A stretch of 64,000 nt of DNA, taken from positions 85,061-149,060 of the forward strand of contig DAOTCN010000001.1 in the NCBI GenBank assembly GCA_035453125.1, in the 5' to 3' direction. The position numbers were made by a program, and so were the translations under genes. Shown piece after piece: positions 39,651 through 50,015 of this stretch. Origin of the DNA: Minisyncoccota bacterium. GTDB taxonomy: Archaea; Nanobdellota; Nanobdellia; Pacearchaeales; GW2011-AR1. The notes under the pieces were generated by a model. The model had not been told where the DNA came from and ran no database searches. It saw nothing but the letters and a program-made list of their open reading frames with translations. Positions within the stretch are counted from its first letter, which is position 1. The number at the start of each line of letters is the position of its first letter.

Positions 39651-41258
39651 ATGGCTGATAATAAACAAGTATATGTTTTACCTGAAAATGTTCAAAGAAT
39701 GTTAGGTCAGGATGCTCAAAGAAATAATATTCTAGCTGCGAGAATAGTTGCAGATACTGTTAAAACAACTCTTGGACCGAAAGGTATGGATAAGATGCTT
39801 GTCGATTCTACAGGTAATGTTATTGTTACAAATGATGGAGTTACTATTCTTGAGGAAATGGATGTTGAACATCCTGCTGCAAAAATGATGGTTGAAATTG
39901 CAAAGACTCAGGAAAAAGAAGTTGGTGATGGAACTACTACTGCAGTTATGCTTGCCGGAAAATTGTTGGAAAATGCTGAAAAACTTTTAGATAAAAAAAT
40001 ACATCCAACAATAATAACAAAAGGTTATCAAATTGCCTCTGAAAAATCAATTCAAATACTTAATGATATTGCATCAAGAGTTACAACAGAAGATGATATT
40101 GCACTTAAACAATTAGCAATAACCTCTATGACTGGAAAAAGTATTGAAGGTGTAAAAGAAAAATTTTCAGATATTGTTGTTAATGCAGTTAAACTAGTAG
40201 AAGATTACGGGAAAATTGATTTAAATAATATTAAAATTGAAAAAATTCAGGGAGATAGTATTAAAGATAGTGAGCTGGTTTCTGGAATTGTTTTAGATAT
40301 AGAAAAAATTAACATTGATATGCCGAAGATTGTTGAAAATGCACGTATCTCTTTAGTTGATTTTCCAATTGAATTAAAAAATCCAGAAATTGAAACTAAA
40401 TTAAGCATTTCAAGTCCTGAAGAATTACAGAGTTTTGTTGAATCTGAAGAGATTATGTTAAGAGAGATAGTTAATAAAATTAAAAAGACTGGAGCAAATG
40501 TTATTTTTTGTCAAAAAGGTATTGATGATGTTGCACAATATTTTTTGACAAAGGCAAATATATATGCTTGTAGAAGAGTTTCAAAGAGTGATATGGAAAA
40601 ACTGTCTAAGGCAACTGGTGCAAAAATAGTTAGTAATTTAAATGAATTGAGCAGTGATGATTTAGGAAGTGCAAAAAGCGTTGAAGAAGTAAATGAAGGA
40701 AGTAATTTAATGACTTATGTTCGAGGATGTTTAAATCCAAAAGCAGTTACTATTTTGATTCGCGGTGGTTCTGAACATGTTCTTGATGAAACTGAAAGAG
40801 CTGTAAAAGATGGATTGGGAGATGTTAGTGCTGTACTTAGAGATGGGATGATTGTTGCTGGTGGTGGTGCTATTGAGATTGAACTTGCAAAGAAGTTAAG
40901 GGAGTTTTCTCAATCTCTTTCTGGAAGAGAACAATTAGCTGTTGAAGAGTTTGCTTCTTCCCTTGAATTTATACCAATAACTCTTTCTGAAAATGCAGGA
41001 ATGGATCCAATTGATGTTATTACTGAAATGAAATCTTGTCATGATAATGGCAAAAAAAATTTTGGTTTAAATCTTTTTAATGGAAAAATAGAGGACACTT
41101 TTTTAGCAGGAATAATTGAACCTTTGAAAGTTAAAACTCAAGCAATAAACTCAGCATCTGAAGTAGCTATTATGATCTTAAGAATTGATGATGTTATTGC
41201 TGCAAATAGTAAAAAACAATCTAATTCTGGAAGAAATTATTTGCAGGATTATGATTAG
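39651..41258 (+). CDS. ths: Thermosome (group II chaperonin) subunit
   Basis: [36 protein letters not shown]. Confidence 0.96.
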   Translation: MADNKQVYVLPENVQRMLGQDAQRNNILAARIVADTVKTTLGPKGMDKMLVDSTGNVIVTNDGVTILEEMDVEHPAAKMMVEIAKTQEKEVGDGTTTAVMLAGKLLENAEKLLDKKIHPTIITKGYQIASEKSIQILNDIASRVTTEDDIALKQLAITSMTGKSIEGVKEKFSDIVVNAVKLVEDYGKIDLNNIKIEKIQGDSIKDSELVSGIVLDIEKINIDMPKIVENARISLVDFPIELKNPEIETKLSISSPEELQSFVESEEIMLREIVNKIKKTGANVIFCQKGIDDVAQYFLTKANIYACRRVSKSDMEKLSKATGAKIVSNLNELSSDDLGSAKSVEEVNEGSNLMTYVRGCLNPKAVTILIRGGSEHVLDETERAVKDGLGDVSAVLRDGMIVAGGGAIEIELAKKLREFSQSLSGREQLAVEEFASSLEFIPITLSENAGMDPIDVITEMKSCHDNGKKNFGLNLFNGKIEDTFLAGIIEPLKVKTQAINSASEVAIMILRIDDVIAANSKKQSNSGRNYLQDYD

Positions 41259-41491
41259 AATATGAAATTGTAATTAACTTTATAAAATAGTAGCACAAAA
41301 TGTCAATTATATTAAACTTTAATAATCCTTTACCATTACACTTTTAACAAATTGAGGAATACAAGTCATTCGTATTCCCACATTATCCAACCAGATTTTT
41401 AATGATATTATATTTAAGATTGATTTTATTATTAAGATAAAGTTTAAATATCTCTTTTTTATTAGTTTTATTATTAATTAAGAGGTATTTT

Positions 41492-41992
41492 ATGGCAGAA
41501 AAAGATAAGATTACTGAAACAAAAGTAAAATATAATGGTCTTTTTGATTTTAAAGAAACTTATTCATTTATTTATAGATGGTTAGTTGATGAAGATTATT
41601 GGGTTGAAGAAAAAAAATATGTTGAAGAAGTCGGTGGAGATTCTAAGAAAGTTGAAATTGAATGGCAGGCATCTAAAAAAATTTCAGATTATTTTAAAAA
41701 TACTTTAAAACTTAACTGGAGAATTGTTGGTATGAAAACAGTTGAAGTTGAGAAAGATGGTAGGAAAGTGAAAATGAATAATGGAAGTTTTGAAGTTAAG
41801 ATAACTGCTGTACTTGTAAAAGATTGGGGTAGTCAGTGGGATTCTTCACCTGCTATGAAATTCTTAAGAGGTACATATGATAAATTTGTAATTGAAGGTA
41901 GGATAAAACAATATGAAATTAAGCTTGATAAGGACTTAAATGAGCTTGCAGAGCAACTTAAGGCTTTTTTAGTTTTAGAAGCTAAAAAATAG
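41492..41992 (+). CDS. Hypothetical protein
   Basis: 166-aa ORF with GAGGT SD and upstream TATA. Confidence 0.75.
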   Translation: MAEKDKITETKVKYNGLFDFKETYSFIYRWLVDEDYWVEEKKYVEEVGGDSKKVEIEWQASKKISDYFKNTLKLNWRIVGMKTVEVEKDGRKVKMNNGSFEVKITAVLVKDWGSQWDSSPAMKFLRGTYDKFVIEGRIKQYEIKLDKDLNELAEQLKAFLVLEAKK

Positions 41993-42050
41993 CTTTTCTT
42001 TTTATCATAATAGAAGGGTAAATTTTTAACATAATATTTATATATCTCTC

Positions 42051-43454
42051 TTGTTACTTCAATTAATGAAATATCAAAAAAGAGTTATTTTTATGTTTTT
42101 TTTGTTACTTTTAATTGTAAGTTTTGTTTCTGCTTTAAATATTGAAGCAAATTTTAAACCTGATTCTGTTTCTATAATAAATAATTATGATGAACCAGCT
42201 GTTTTTGATTTTTATGTTAAAAATAACGATTCTGATGTAACACTTCAGTTTTTTACATATGAGAGATTTAGGATAGAACCAGATAATTTTACTTTAAGTA
42301 AAGGTGCATCAAAAAATATTAATGTTAAATTTTATGCATTTGATTTTATGAGAAATAATGTAGGATATATTTCTATGCCAGTTTATATAAGAAATATTCA
42401 AAATCCTGAAGATTTTTATAAAATTGATAAATTAATAATTAAGCTTGTCAATTTAAATAATGCTTTTGAAATTGAATCTGAAAATATAAATCCTCAATCT
42501 AATTTTGGAAAGATATATATTCAAAGTTTGGAAAATATTAATTATTCTAATATAAATTTAATGATTAATTCTGTTTTTTCTGATTCTAAAAAAGAAATCT
42601 TAAATTTGAAACCTTATGAAAAAAAAGAAATAATTTTTCCATTAGATCAAGAAAAGATGAAAGAGTTATTAGCAGGTGAATATAATGTTGAGCTGTTTTT
42701 TACAGTTAATGGACAGACAAATAGTTTTAAAGTACCTGTTAAATTGCTTGAAAAATCAGGACTTTCAGTTAAAGAATTTTCAAAGGGTTTTATTATTCAG
42801 GAATTAAGCATTGAAAAATTAAATGAAGGAAATATAATGTCTGTTGCAGATATTAGCATTAAAAAAAATATAATTTCTAGATTTTTTACAACCTTTTCTT
42901 CTGAACCAGATAGAGTTGAAAGAAAAGGATTATTTGTTTATTATTCATGGCAGAAAGAACTTAGACCAAATCAATCTTTGAAGGTTAATATAAAAACAAA
43001 TTTTATTTTTCCTTTTATAATTTTAATTCTTATGATAATTATTAGTATTCTTGTTAAACTTTTGTTTAGACAAGATGTAATTGTTAAAAAAAGAGTAGGA
43101 TTTGTTAAAACAAAATCAAATGATTTTGCATTAAAAGTAACTATTTCAGTTAAAACAAGAAAATTTATTGAACATATTAAGATATTTGATAGGATACCAG
43201 CTATTGCTAAATTATATGAAAATTTCGGAGATCCAAAACCAATTATAAGGGAGAATGGAAGGCTTGAATGGACTTTAGACCGTCTTTCTGAAGGTGAAGA
43301 AAGAGTTTTTAGTTATATTTTTTATTCAAAAATTAATGTTGTTGGAAAGTTTGAACTTCCACCAGTTACTGTTTTATTTGAAAAAGAAGGAAAACCTAAA
43401 GAGATTAATTCAAACAGAGTTTTTTTTATTAATGAACCAAAAAAAGACTATTAA
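42051..43454 (+). CDS. Membrane-anchored surface protein (Ig-like domains)
   Basis: Signal peptide ending VSA, internal TM, beta-rich domains. Confidence 0.7.
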   Translation: MLLQLMKYQKRVIFMFFLLLLIVSFVSALNIEANFKPDSVSIINNYDEPAVFDFYVKNNDSDVTLQFFTYERFRIEPDNFTLSKGASKNINVKFYAFDFMRNNVGYISMPVYIRNIQNPEDFYKIDKLIIKLVNLNNAFEIESENINPQSNFGKIYIQSLENINYSNINLMINSVFSDSKKEILNLKPYEKKEIIFPLDQEKMKELLAGEYNVELFFTVNGQTNSFKVPVKLLEKSGLSVKEFSKGFIIQELSIEKLNEGNIMSVADISIKKNIISRFFTTFSSEPDRVERKGLFVYYSWQKELRPNQSLKVNIKTNFIFPFIILILMIIISILVKLLFRQDVIVKKRVGFVKTKSNDFALKVTISVKTRKFIEHIKIFDRIPAIAKLYENFGDPKPIIRENGRLEWTLDRLSEGEERVFSYIFYSKINVVGKFELPPVTVLFEKEGKPKEINSNRVFFINEPKKDY

Positions 43455-43500
43455 CCTAATTCGTGATAAATTATTTAAACTATTGTTTATTTTATACTAA

Positions 43501-45000
43501 ATGAAAAAAGATAGGAGAATAAGCATTATTTTTATAATTCTTTTTAGTTTAATTACTTTGTTAATACTAATTATTGCTAATTTTGGTATTTTAGGTAATG
43601 TTATTAATTTAAGTTTTAATAAATGTGGAAGAATTGATAATTTTAAGTGTGTAAATGATACTTCGGTTAATTTATGTTTATCTATGTTTGCTTATGGAAA
43701 TGTTAATGAAGCTTCAACTGAAGGTTGTGTTACTTTTTGGAAAGAATCAAATCCTGGAAAAGAAAAAAATATTGATAAATTAAAAAAATGTGCAATGGAT
43801 TACAGGGAAAGAAGTATTAGCATTTATGAATTTCAATCTTGTTTGAATTATTGGAATGTTTATTTGGAAAATATTGCTTCAAGTTATGTTGCAAAACCAA
43901 TTATTATGAAAGAGATAGGTATTTTTACAGATACTGGAAGATATTTTGTTTATCAGTGGAATTATGATAAATGGGTAGAAATTACTGATGAGACTATGAA
44001 AGGAGATTATCTTGATGAAAAAACATCAAGGTGGTTTAATGAATATACTAATGAGTCTGGTCTTTTACCAAGAAGTATTACTCCTATAGTAAGTTATTAT
44101 TATCCTTCAACTGATGGTGGAAGAATTCATTTGTGGGCAAAAGTTAATGATAAAATGAAGTTTTTTATTTATAATCCAAGTTCTTTATTGAGTGTTAAGG
44201 GATGGTATGATAGAACTAATTTATTGTCTGGAACAGATTATAATTCTATCTTAAAACAATGGTGTGATACTTCAAAATGTGGAGTATTGCCTAAAAATTT
44301 TGAGATTTTAACGGGATATCATTTTTATGATACTAATAATGTTGGTAGAGTTAATTTATTTGGTTTAATAGATAATCAAGTTCATTTATTAGTTTATAAT
44401 CCTAATGTTAATTTGTGGTATGATAGAACTGAGGATATTTTTTCAGAAGGTTCTGAGAAATTTAGTGCAGATTTTATACCAAAAGTCGGATTTTATAGTG
44501 AACTAACTGGTAAGGAAGTTTATTTGTTTGGAAAGACAAATCCTGATAAGTATGGAATTACAACTAAACTTTATGTTTATAATATCTCAAATGGTTCTTG
44601 GTCTGAAAGATCAATTTTTAATTTGATGCTTCCAGATAAATATCCTCAAGCAGGATATTATGACTTTGCCTTGAATAAAAATGTTTTATGGTATAATGGG
44701 AATTTGGTTTATACAAGCGCTGATGGAAAATATTCTGTTTCTAAAGATTACTTAGAAGGAAGCGGAAGATTGCCACCAAATGAGTTTTATTTAACTTGCA
44801 AAAATTCTCAATTAACTACTGAACAACAAGAATATTTGAATTTGTTTAATAGTGAATTTGAGTTGTCTGATGAAATTAAATTATTTATTGTAGAAAAATA
44901 TCCTTGGATGAATGTGAAAAGCTTAACAAATTGTGACAAAGTATTTATGATTAAGGATTTTTCTGATGCAATATCTGTATTAGGAGCTTCGTTTTCTTAA
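43501..45000 (+). CDS. Secreted/anchored repeat protein with shared C-terminal domain
   Basis: N-terminal TM; repeats YNP...WYDRT...LP; C-terminal domain similar to 46394..46780 and 46873..47391. Confidence 0.75.
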   Translation: MKKDRRISIIFIILFSLITLLILIIANFGILGNVINLSFNKCGRIDNFKCVNDTSVNLCLSMFAYGNVNEASTEGCVTFWKESNPGKEKNIDKLKKCAMDYRERSISIYEFQSCLNYWNVYLENIASSYVAKPIIMKEIGIFTDTGRYFVYQWNYDKWVEITDETMKGDYLDEKTSRWFNEYTNESGLLPRSITPIVSYYYPSTDGGRIHLWAKVNDKMKFFIYNPSSLLSVKGWYDRTNLLSGTDYNSILKQWCDTSKCGVLPKNFEILTGYHFYDTNNVGRVNLFGLIDNQVHLLVYNPNVNLWYDRTEDIFSEGSEKFSADFIPKVGFYSELTGKEVYLFGKTNPDKYGITTKLYVYNISNGSWSERSIFNLMLPDKYPQAGYYDFALNKNVLWYNGNLVYTSADGKYSVSKDYLEGSGRLPPNEFYLTCKNSQLTTEQQEYLNLFNSEFELSDEIKLFIVEKYPWMNVKSLTNCDKVFMIKDFSDAISVLGASFS

Positions 45001-45001
45001 A

Positions 45002-46384
45002 ATGAAAAATTCATTAAAGATATTGGTTTTTGTTTTTTTCTTAGTTTTAACTTTATTTTTTGTTAGTTCATATAAAGTTGGAGATGTAGTTGAAAAAAAG
45101 ATATATTCTACTTTTTGTGGTACCACTTCTCCTATTATTGATTATATAAATGATCATGGAGGAACTTATTTTGGTGAGGAATTGGTTGTTGGACTTCCTT
45201 ATTCCCCCTCTACTTCAGGTCATTTTTATATTAATCTTTCAGTGCTTAATCCTCCTGGTTGCTTCCATGGTTATGAATTAGCTGTTTGGGAAAAAATAGC
45301 TAAAGAAAATTCTCATTGTTTATTAAGTAATTATTGTGATATTTCAGAAGGATTAGTATGTGCTAGGTTATATTATGAGGTTGATTTTAGGAATAGTTTT
45401 CAACTCGATCGTGTTGCAAGAGCTTACTATATGACTACTGTAGAAACATGTCAAAAATGTAATCAAGAGATTGTTAGAAATGAAAAACAAATTGATTATG
45501 ATGGAGTTAATGGAGTGATTAGAGTAGATATGTTAGTAAGTAGAAATAAGTGTGCTTTTAAAGATAAGATTTGTGCAAATGGTGAAAAGTTTGGTGATCC
45601 TTGTTTAGGTTTAGCTTGTCCAGAAATGCATTGTGAAATAAATGATAAAAATAGAGATGGAGATTTTGATGATGAATCTGATTATATTTGTGTTGCAGAT
45701 GAAAAAGAAAAGAGTTTGAGTGAAGCTGTTTCAAAATATACTCTTGATGCAAAAGCTTTGGAGAAATTGTATGAAAAGGGCTGTTGTGATGATAAAGTCA
45801 ACTATCAATCATGTTCTTCTGGAATACTTGGTAAAAAGAAGTGTTGTAGAATCGGGACAGAATGTTGTGATAACCGTTGCTGTTATGATTATCAAAATTG
45901 TATCTCTTATGGTCCTTTAGGATCATATAATTTCTGTACAGACAATATAACTATTTGTCCTCCAGAAAAACCAGTTCGATGTGATCCTGATCCAAGTCTT
46001 GCTAATACTCCCGATAGTAATTCGAGAAAACCAGTCTGTTGTAGAAGTGATCAGACTTGTTCTTATGCTATTTTAGAAACACCTCTTGGAGATAGAAAGA
46101 TAGGAACCTGTGCACCCTTAACTGAATGTGAAAATCCTTGCGGAGTTGTAGCTGATGGCCAACCAAAAGTCTGTTGTAAACCTGATCAAGAATGCAATTC
46201 TATTTCGGGCGTTCCTTTTTGTCAGGCTAAAGATGATAAGTCATGTCCTTCTGACATACCTTTTGCTTGTACAAGTATTAATCCTAAAGGTCCTAAAGAT
46301 ATTAGAATCTGTTGTCTTCCAGGTAGTACTTGTGAGTATAATCCTGAAGATGATACTCCTTATTGCGGAAAACCAAAAAGTTAA
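45002..46384 (+). CDS. Secreted Cys-rich protein with CC-x4-C repeats
   Basis: Signal peptide; CCRIGTEC, CCYDYQNC, CCRSDQTC, CCKPDQEC, CCLPGSTC; EF-hand-like DKNRDGDFDD. Confidence 0.75.
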   Translation: MKNSLKILVFVFFLVLTLFFVSSYKVGDVVEKKIYSTFCGTTSPIIDYINDHGGTYFGEELVVGLPYSPSTSGHFYINLSVLNPPGCFHGYELAVWEKIAKENSHCLLSNYCDISEGLVCARLYYEVDFRNSFQLDRVARAYYMTTVETCQKCNQEIVRNEKQIDYDGVNGVIRVDMLVSRNKCAFKDKICANGEKFGDPCLGLACPEMHCEINDKNRDGDFDDESDYICVADEKEKSLSEAVSKYTLDAKALEKLYEKGCCDDKVNYQSCSSGILGKKKCCRIGTECCDNRCCYDYQNCISYGPLGSYNFCTDNITICPPEKPVRCDPDPSLANTPDSNSRKPVCCRSDQTCSYAILETPLGDRKIGTCAPLTECENPCGVVADGQPKVCCKPDQECNSISGVPFCQAKDDKSCPSDIPFACTSINPKGPKDIRICCLPGSTCEYNPEDDTPYCGKPKS

Positions 46385-46393
46385 AAGAATTAT

Positions 46394-46780
46394 TTAGAAA
46401 AAAACGATTGAGTCAAAAATTTCATAAGCTCTTTCCATTAAGAAAACTTTGTCTTTTATCTCTAGATTATCTAATTTAATAAAAGGATAGTTTTCACTTG
46501 CCCATTTTATGTCATGTTCACTTAAACCTTCTGTTCTTGCATAATCGTTGAAGGCTTTAAGACATTTTATTTGTTCAGCTGTTAAATTGGATTCATCAAG
46601 TCTTCCGTATTTTTGTCTGTATTCTTTGTAAGCTTTTCTTTGCTTTTCAGTCATTTCTTGAGCATTATTCACTTTATTATTCAAAGTAGCACAGCTGTTA
46701 AGAACAAGTGCAGATAAACCAGCACCAGCACCAATTCCAAACTCTTTCAAAAATCCCCTTCTTGATATTTCTTTTTCCAT
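46394..46780 (-). CDS. Twin-arginine lipoprotein-like protein
   Basis: SRRGFLK, lipobox-like LNSC. Confidence 0.7.
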   Translation of the reverse strand: MEKEISRRGFLKEFGIGAGAGLSALVLNSCATLNNKVNNAQEMTEKQRKAYKEYRQKYGRLDESNLTAEQIKCLKAFNDYARTEGLSEHDIKWASENYPFIKLDNLEIKDKVFLMERAYEIFDSIVFF

Positions 46781-46872
46781 GATTATCTTAAGTAGATTAT
46801 GTATTTAAATCTTTCTATTTGTTGTTACTTAATAATAGTTATTTTTATTGGTGATTAAGCTTGGTTAAGCTG

Positions 46873-47391
46873 TTAAGGTGTAAATGAATCTTTGTACGAT
46901 AATGCACTTTCCTCTTTTATTTTTTTACCATATTTAACTCTATAAATCTCTTGCATTATGAAAATTTTGTCATTTACTGGCCATTTTTTTGGATCAGAAT
47001 CTTGACTTATAAAACTATAATTTTTATGAATCCATTTCATTTCTTTTTTTGAAAGTCCATTATTCTCTTTTAAATATTTGTTAAAATCATTAAAATATTC
47101 TATTTCTTCTTTTATTAAACTACTTTTATTTATTCTAGTATATCTTTTTAATACGCTTATTTTATCTTTTTCTGACAACTTAAAGTTATAACTATTTACT
47201 CTACTTCTAAAAAAATTTGTTTCTTTATTATTTGTTAAATTGTATTCATCTTTAATCCATGCTTCTTCAGGATATGATCCTAGAGGTATTGTTCTGCATC
47301 CACTAAAACAAGAAGATGAGAAAATTATTCCTGCTAAGGTTATTGATTCTAAAGTATTTCTTAATATTTTTTTTGGTTTGTTTTCAATCAT
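46873..47391 (-). CDS. Lipoprotein-like paralogue of 46394..46780
   Basis: FSGC lipobox-like motif, shared C-terminal domain. Confidence 0.65.
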   Translation of the reverse strand: MIENKPKKILRNTLESITLAGIIFSSSCFSGCRTIPLGSYPEEAWIKDEYNLTNNKETNFFRSRVNSYNFKLSEKDKISVLKRYTRINKSSLIKEEIEYFNDFNKYLKENNGLSKKEMKWIHKNYSFISQDSDPKKWPVNDKIFIMQEIYRVKYGKKIKEESALSYKDSFTP

Positions 47392-47469
47392 AAACTTTTC
47401 TTGAATCGGTAACTATTTAAACTTTGCTTAAAAGCAAAGCTTATATACTAAGGTATAAGATTACTTTTT

Positions 47470-47841
47470 ATGATAAATAAAAAAAATGCAAGTTTGATTA
47501 ATATTATTGAAATTGAAAAAGCACCTTGTTGCTCACCAACAAATTCATTTAGTGTTTGGGTTCTTGATGAAAATGGGAAACCTTTACAGGAAGGTTTTGT
47601 ATTTACTTCTTCATATAATATTTATGAATTAAATTCTAAGAAAAATTATATTTGTGAACTTTTTGAGGAATCAAGTCTAAACGGTAATTGTGATAAAAAT
47701 AATAAGCATATTTTTGCTGTTGCTGATAATAAGGAAGAAGGTGAAAAAAAATTATATCAGAGAGCATATTATAGGGCTAATGAATTAGCCAATAAATACC
47801 GTGTTTCTGTTTTTGATTTTACAAGAAGGAACAAAAAGTAA
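47470..47841 (+). CDS. Hypothetical protein
   Basis: 123-aa ORF with upstream TATA. Confidence 0.55.
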   Translation: MINKKNASLINIIEIEKAPCCSPTNSFSVWVLDENGKPLQEGFVFTSSYNIYELNSKKNYICELFEESSLNGNCDKNNKHIFAVADNKEEGEKKLYQRAYYRANELANKYRVSVFDFTRRNKK

Positions 47842-47954
47842 CTAAATAATTGATTCTAAAAGAATCAAAATCATTTCTTGTGCGATACATTCTAGGTTTT
47901 TTGATTTTTCTTTTATGAATATATTTAAAAACAATTAAGTTCTTTAATTTTTAA

Positions 47955-48106
47955 CCCCGCATAGCTCAGTGGTTAGAGCGCCTGGCTGTAGACAATTGTC
48001 TAGGGTGGATTTTCCGTTTTGGAAATAAAATGAAACCTGATTAGAATAAATCCGTTAGGATTTAGCAGATCCCGGGAGATCCCCAGTTCAACTCTGGGTG
48101 CGGGGA
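47955..48106 (+). tRNA. tRNA-Tyr(GTA) with 79-nt intron at 37/38 (47992-48070)
   Basis: Acceptor CCCCGCA/TGCGGGG, D arm GCTC/GAGC, anticodon stem CCTGG/CCGGG, loop CT-GTA-G, T arm CCCAG-TTCAACT-CTGGG. Confidence 0.92.
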
Positions 48107-48171
48107 TATATACTTTCTAGATAAATATTAAAATTTTGTAGTTTAACTATAATTATGAAAACTATTTTTTC

Positions 48172-48375
48172 TTATTTTCTAATCTTTAATTTTTTTAGAA
48201 CTCGAGGAATTAATCTTTTACTTTTTGCTTTTTCTTCTCTTGCTTTTTTCAGTTTTGCAATTTTTTTCAGTTTTGCAATTTTAGAATCTTTTGATTTTTT
48301 ACTCGGATTTCTTCCATTAATAACCTTTCTTTTTTTATTCTTGAATTTAATCTGCTCTCTTTTTTTACTTTTCAT
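48172..48375 (-). CDS. Small very basic Lys-rich protein
   Basis: GAGGT SD before an ATG near 48375; KIAKLK tandem repeat. Confidence 0.45.
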   Translation of the reverse strand: MKSKKREQIKFKNKKRKVINGRNPSKKSKDSKIAKLKKIAKLKKAREEKAKSKRLIPRVLKKLKIRK

Positions 48376-48410
48376 TATTGACCTCTTTTTTAATTTAAGG
48401 ATTAAATATT

Positions 48411-48633
48411 GCTGACATCTGGACTCGGTGAAGAAGTTCCTCAAGCAGGGGTTGACATCAATCTTAACCTACCAACAGCTTTAAAGGTTATCTCTTCGCT
48501 ACATATGGAAGCTTAACAGGTATAGGTTTCGTAAGACGAGTTATAGTCCAGTCGTCATTATTAATAGCTGAATACCTGACAGAGGCTTGTATGCCAGCAT
48601 CCTTTTCAGGACAACCGAAATGTCCTAGTCAGC
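48411..48633. ncRNA. Structured RNA candidate (minimal RNase P RNA-like or unknown)
   Basis: GC-enriched intergenic block with many complementary segments: GCTGAC/GTCAGC, CTGGACT/AGTCCAG, CAGGTAT/ATACCTG, AGGACA/TGTCCT, AAGTTCCTC/GAGGCTT. Confidence 0.55.
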
Positions 48634-48754
48634 TTATTTATATTATTATGTTTTCTACTTTATAAGTGTTTATTACTACTTTATAATTAAAATATTATTT
48701 TTTATTTAATCATAAAATTAGTATTGATTAGAATGTAGTACACTTAATTATTTT

Positions 48755-49801
48755 TTATATTTTGTTTTTAAAATGAACATCTAATTGTGGGAAAGGTATC
48801 TGAATGTTATTTTGTATTAATGCATTATAAATTTTTGTATTTGCTTCATCTATTGCATCACTTTTATTTTTTAGATGACTAAAATTAATATAAAAATAAC
48901 CTTTAAACTTTAGATATGATTCATCCATTTCCATAAATCTAACAAAAGGTTGATGTGTTTTTAATGATCCTTTTATTGATATAAGTTCTTTTATTACTAT
49001 CTTTTTAACTTTTTCAATTTCTGAACCATATCCAACATTAAAGGGGATAACTATTCTGATTATTGGTTCAGGTAGTGATGCATTTGTGATTTGATTATTA
49101 GCTATTTTATTATTTGGAATTATTATTGTTTCTTCATTTGATGTTCTTATCTTTGTACTTCTTAAACCAATTTTGATAATTCTTGCTTCTTTATTGTCTA
49201 TGTATACTAAATCTCCTTCTTTGATTGTTTTGTCCATTACTATAGATATACCTGAAAATATGTTATCTAAAGTTGGTTGAAGTGCAAGTGCAACAGCTAA
49301 ACCAGCAATTCCTAAACCTGCAAGGATTGGACCAACTTCTATTCCCCAAATATGTAAAATAAAAATAATGCTTATTCCAATTAAAGAAATTTGAATAATT
49401 CCATGAAGTATAGACATTAGATTATCATCGATACTTGTATTTGTTTTTTCAGTTATTCTTTTCCACCAATTTAATACAAATAGATCTAGTGTAATGAATA
49501 ATAAATAATTTATCGTGATAAATGAAATTGAATAAATTAATTTATTAACTGTACTGCTAAATTCTGTTAAAACTGTTGATAATTCATTTATTGAAACCTG
49601 TATTATAAACATAAATATCAAAATCATAATTGGAAGAATAAAACGTCTTAATTTAGATTTTTGATAATATTCTTTCTTCTTATTTTTTATTCTAATTATT
49701 CTACTTAAAATTTTAGTTATTAAAATAATTAATAATAAAAGACCTCCCCCAATTATTAAAGCTCGTATATAAGGATTTGTTATATATTGATTAAATAGCA
49801 T
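48755..49801 (-). CDS. MscS family mechanosensitive channel
   Basis: LAGLGIAGLAVALALQ..NIFSG, IGLRSTKI, IPN, IPFPQ. Confidence 0.92.
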   Translation of the reverse strand: MLFNQYITNPYIRALIIGGGLLLLIILITKILSRIIRIKNKKKEYYQKSKLRRFILPIMILIFMFIIQVSINELSTVLTEFSSTVNKLIYSISFITINYLLFITLDLFVLNWWKRITEKTNTSIDDNLMSILHGIIQISLIGISIIFILHIWGIEVGPILAGLGIAGLAVALALQPTLDNIFSGISIVMDKTIKEGDLVYIDNKEARIIKIGLRSTKIRTSNEETIIIPNNKIANNQITNASLPEPIIRIVIPFNVGYGSEIEKVKKIVIKELISIKGSLKTHQPFVRFMEMDESYLKFKGYFYINFSHLKNKSDAIDEANTKIYNALIQNNIQIPFPQLDVHFKNKI

Positions 49802-50015
49802 TTTGTTTTCTCTTTTTTTATGTAAATATACCCTTTGTTTGTTTTTAAATTATTTGTTTTATTAATCTTAAAGTAACTCAATATATTTAGGATTATGAAC
49901 TTTAATTTTTTCATGATTATTTTTCATGATATCTTTTTTATAATAAGAACATTTAAAAAGATGATATATTTAAAAGAATTAACTTTGAATAAAGAGGTTG
50001 TAAGTCAGAAAATAA

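Noticed and set aside
48244..48281. 18-bp tandem repeat (TTTTTCAGTTTTGCAATT x2)
   Set aside because: Only two units and explained by the KIAKLK coding repeat in the Lys-rich ORF
48411..48633. Group I intron or canonical SRP RNA
   Set aside because: TATAGTCC resembles an S element but no correctly spaced R/P7 partner or host gene is present; no clear SRP helix 6/8 pair; not formally excluded without a covariance search
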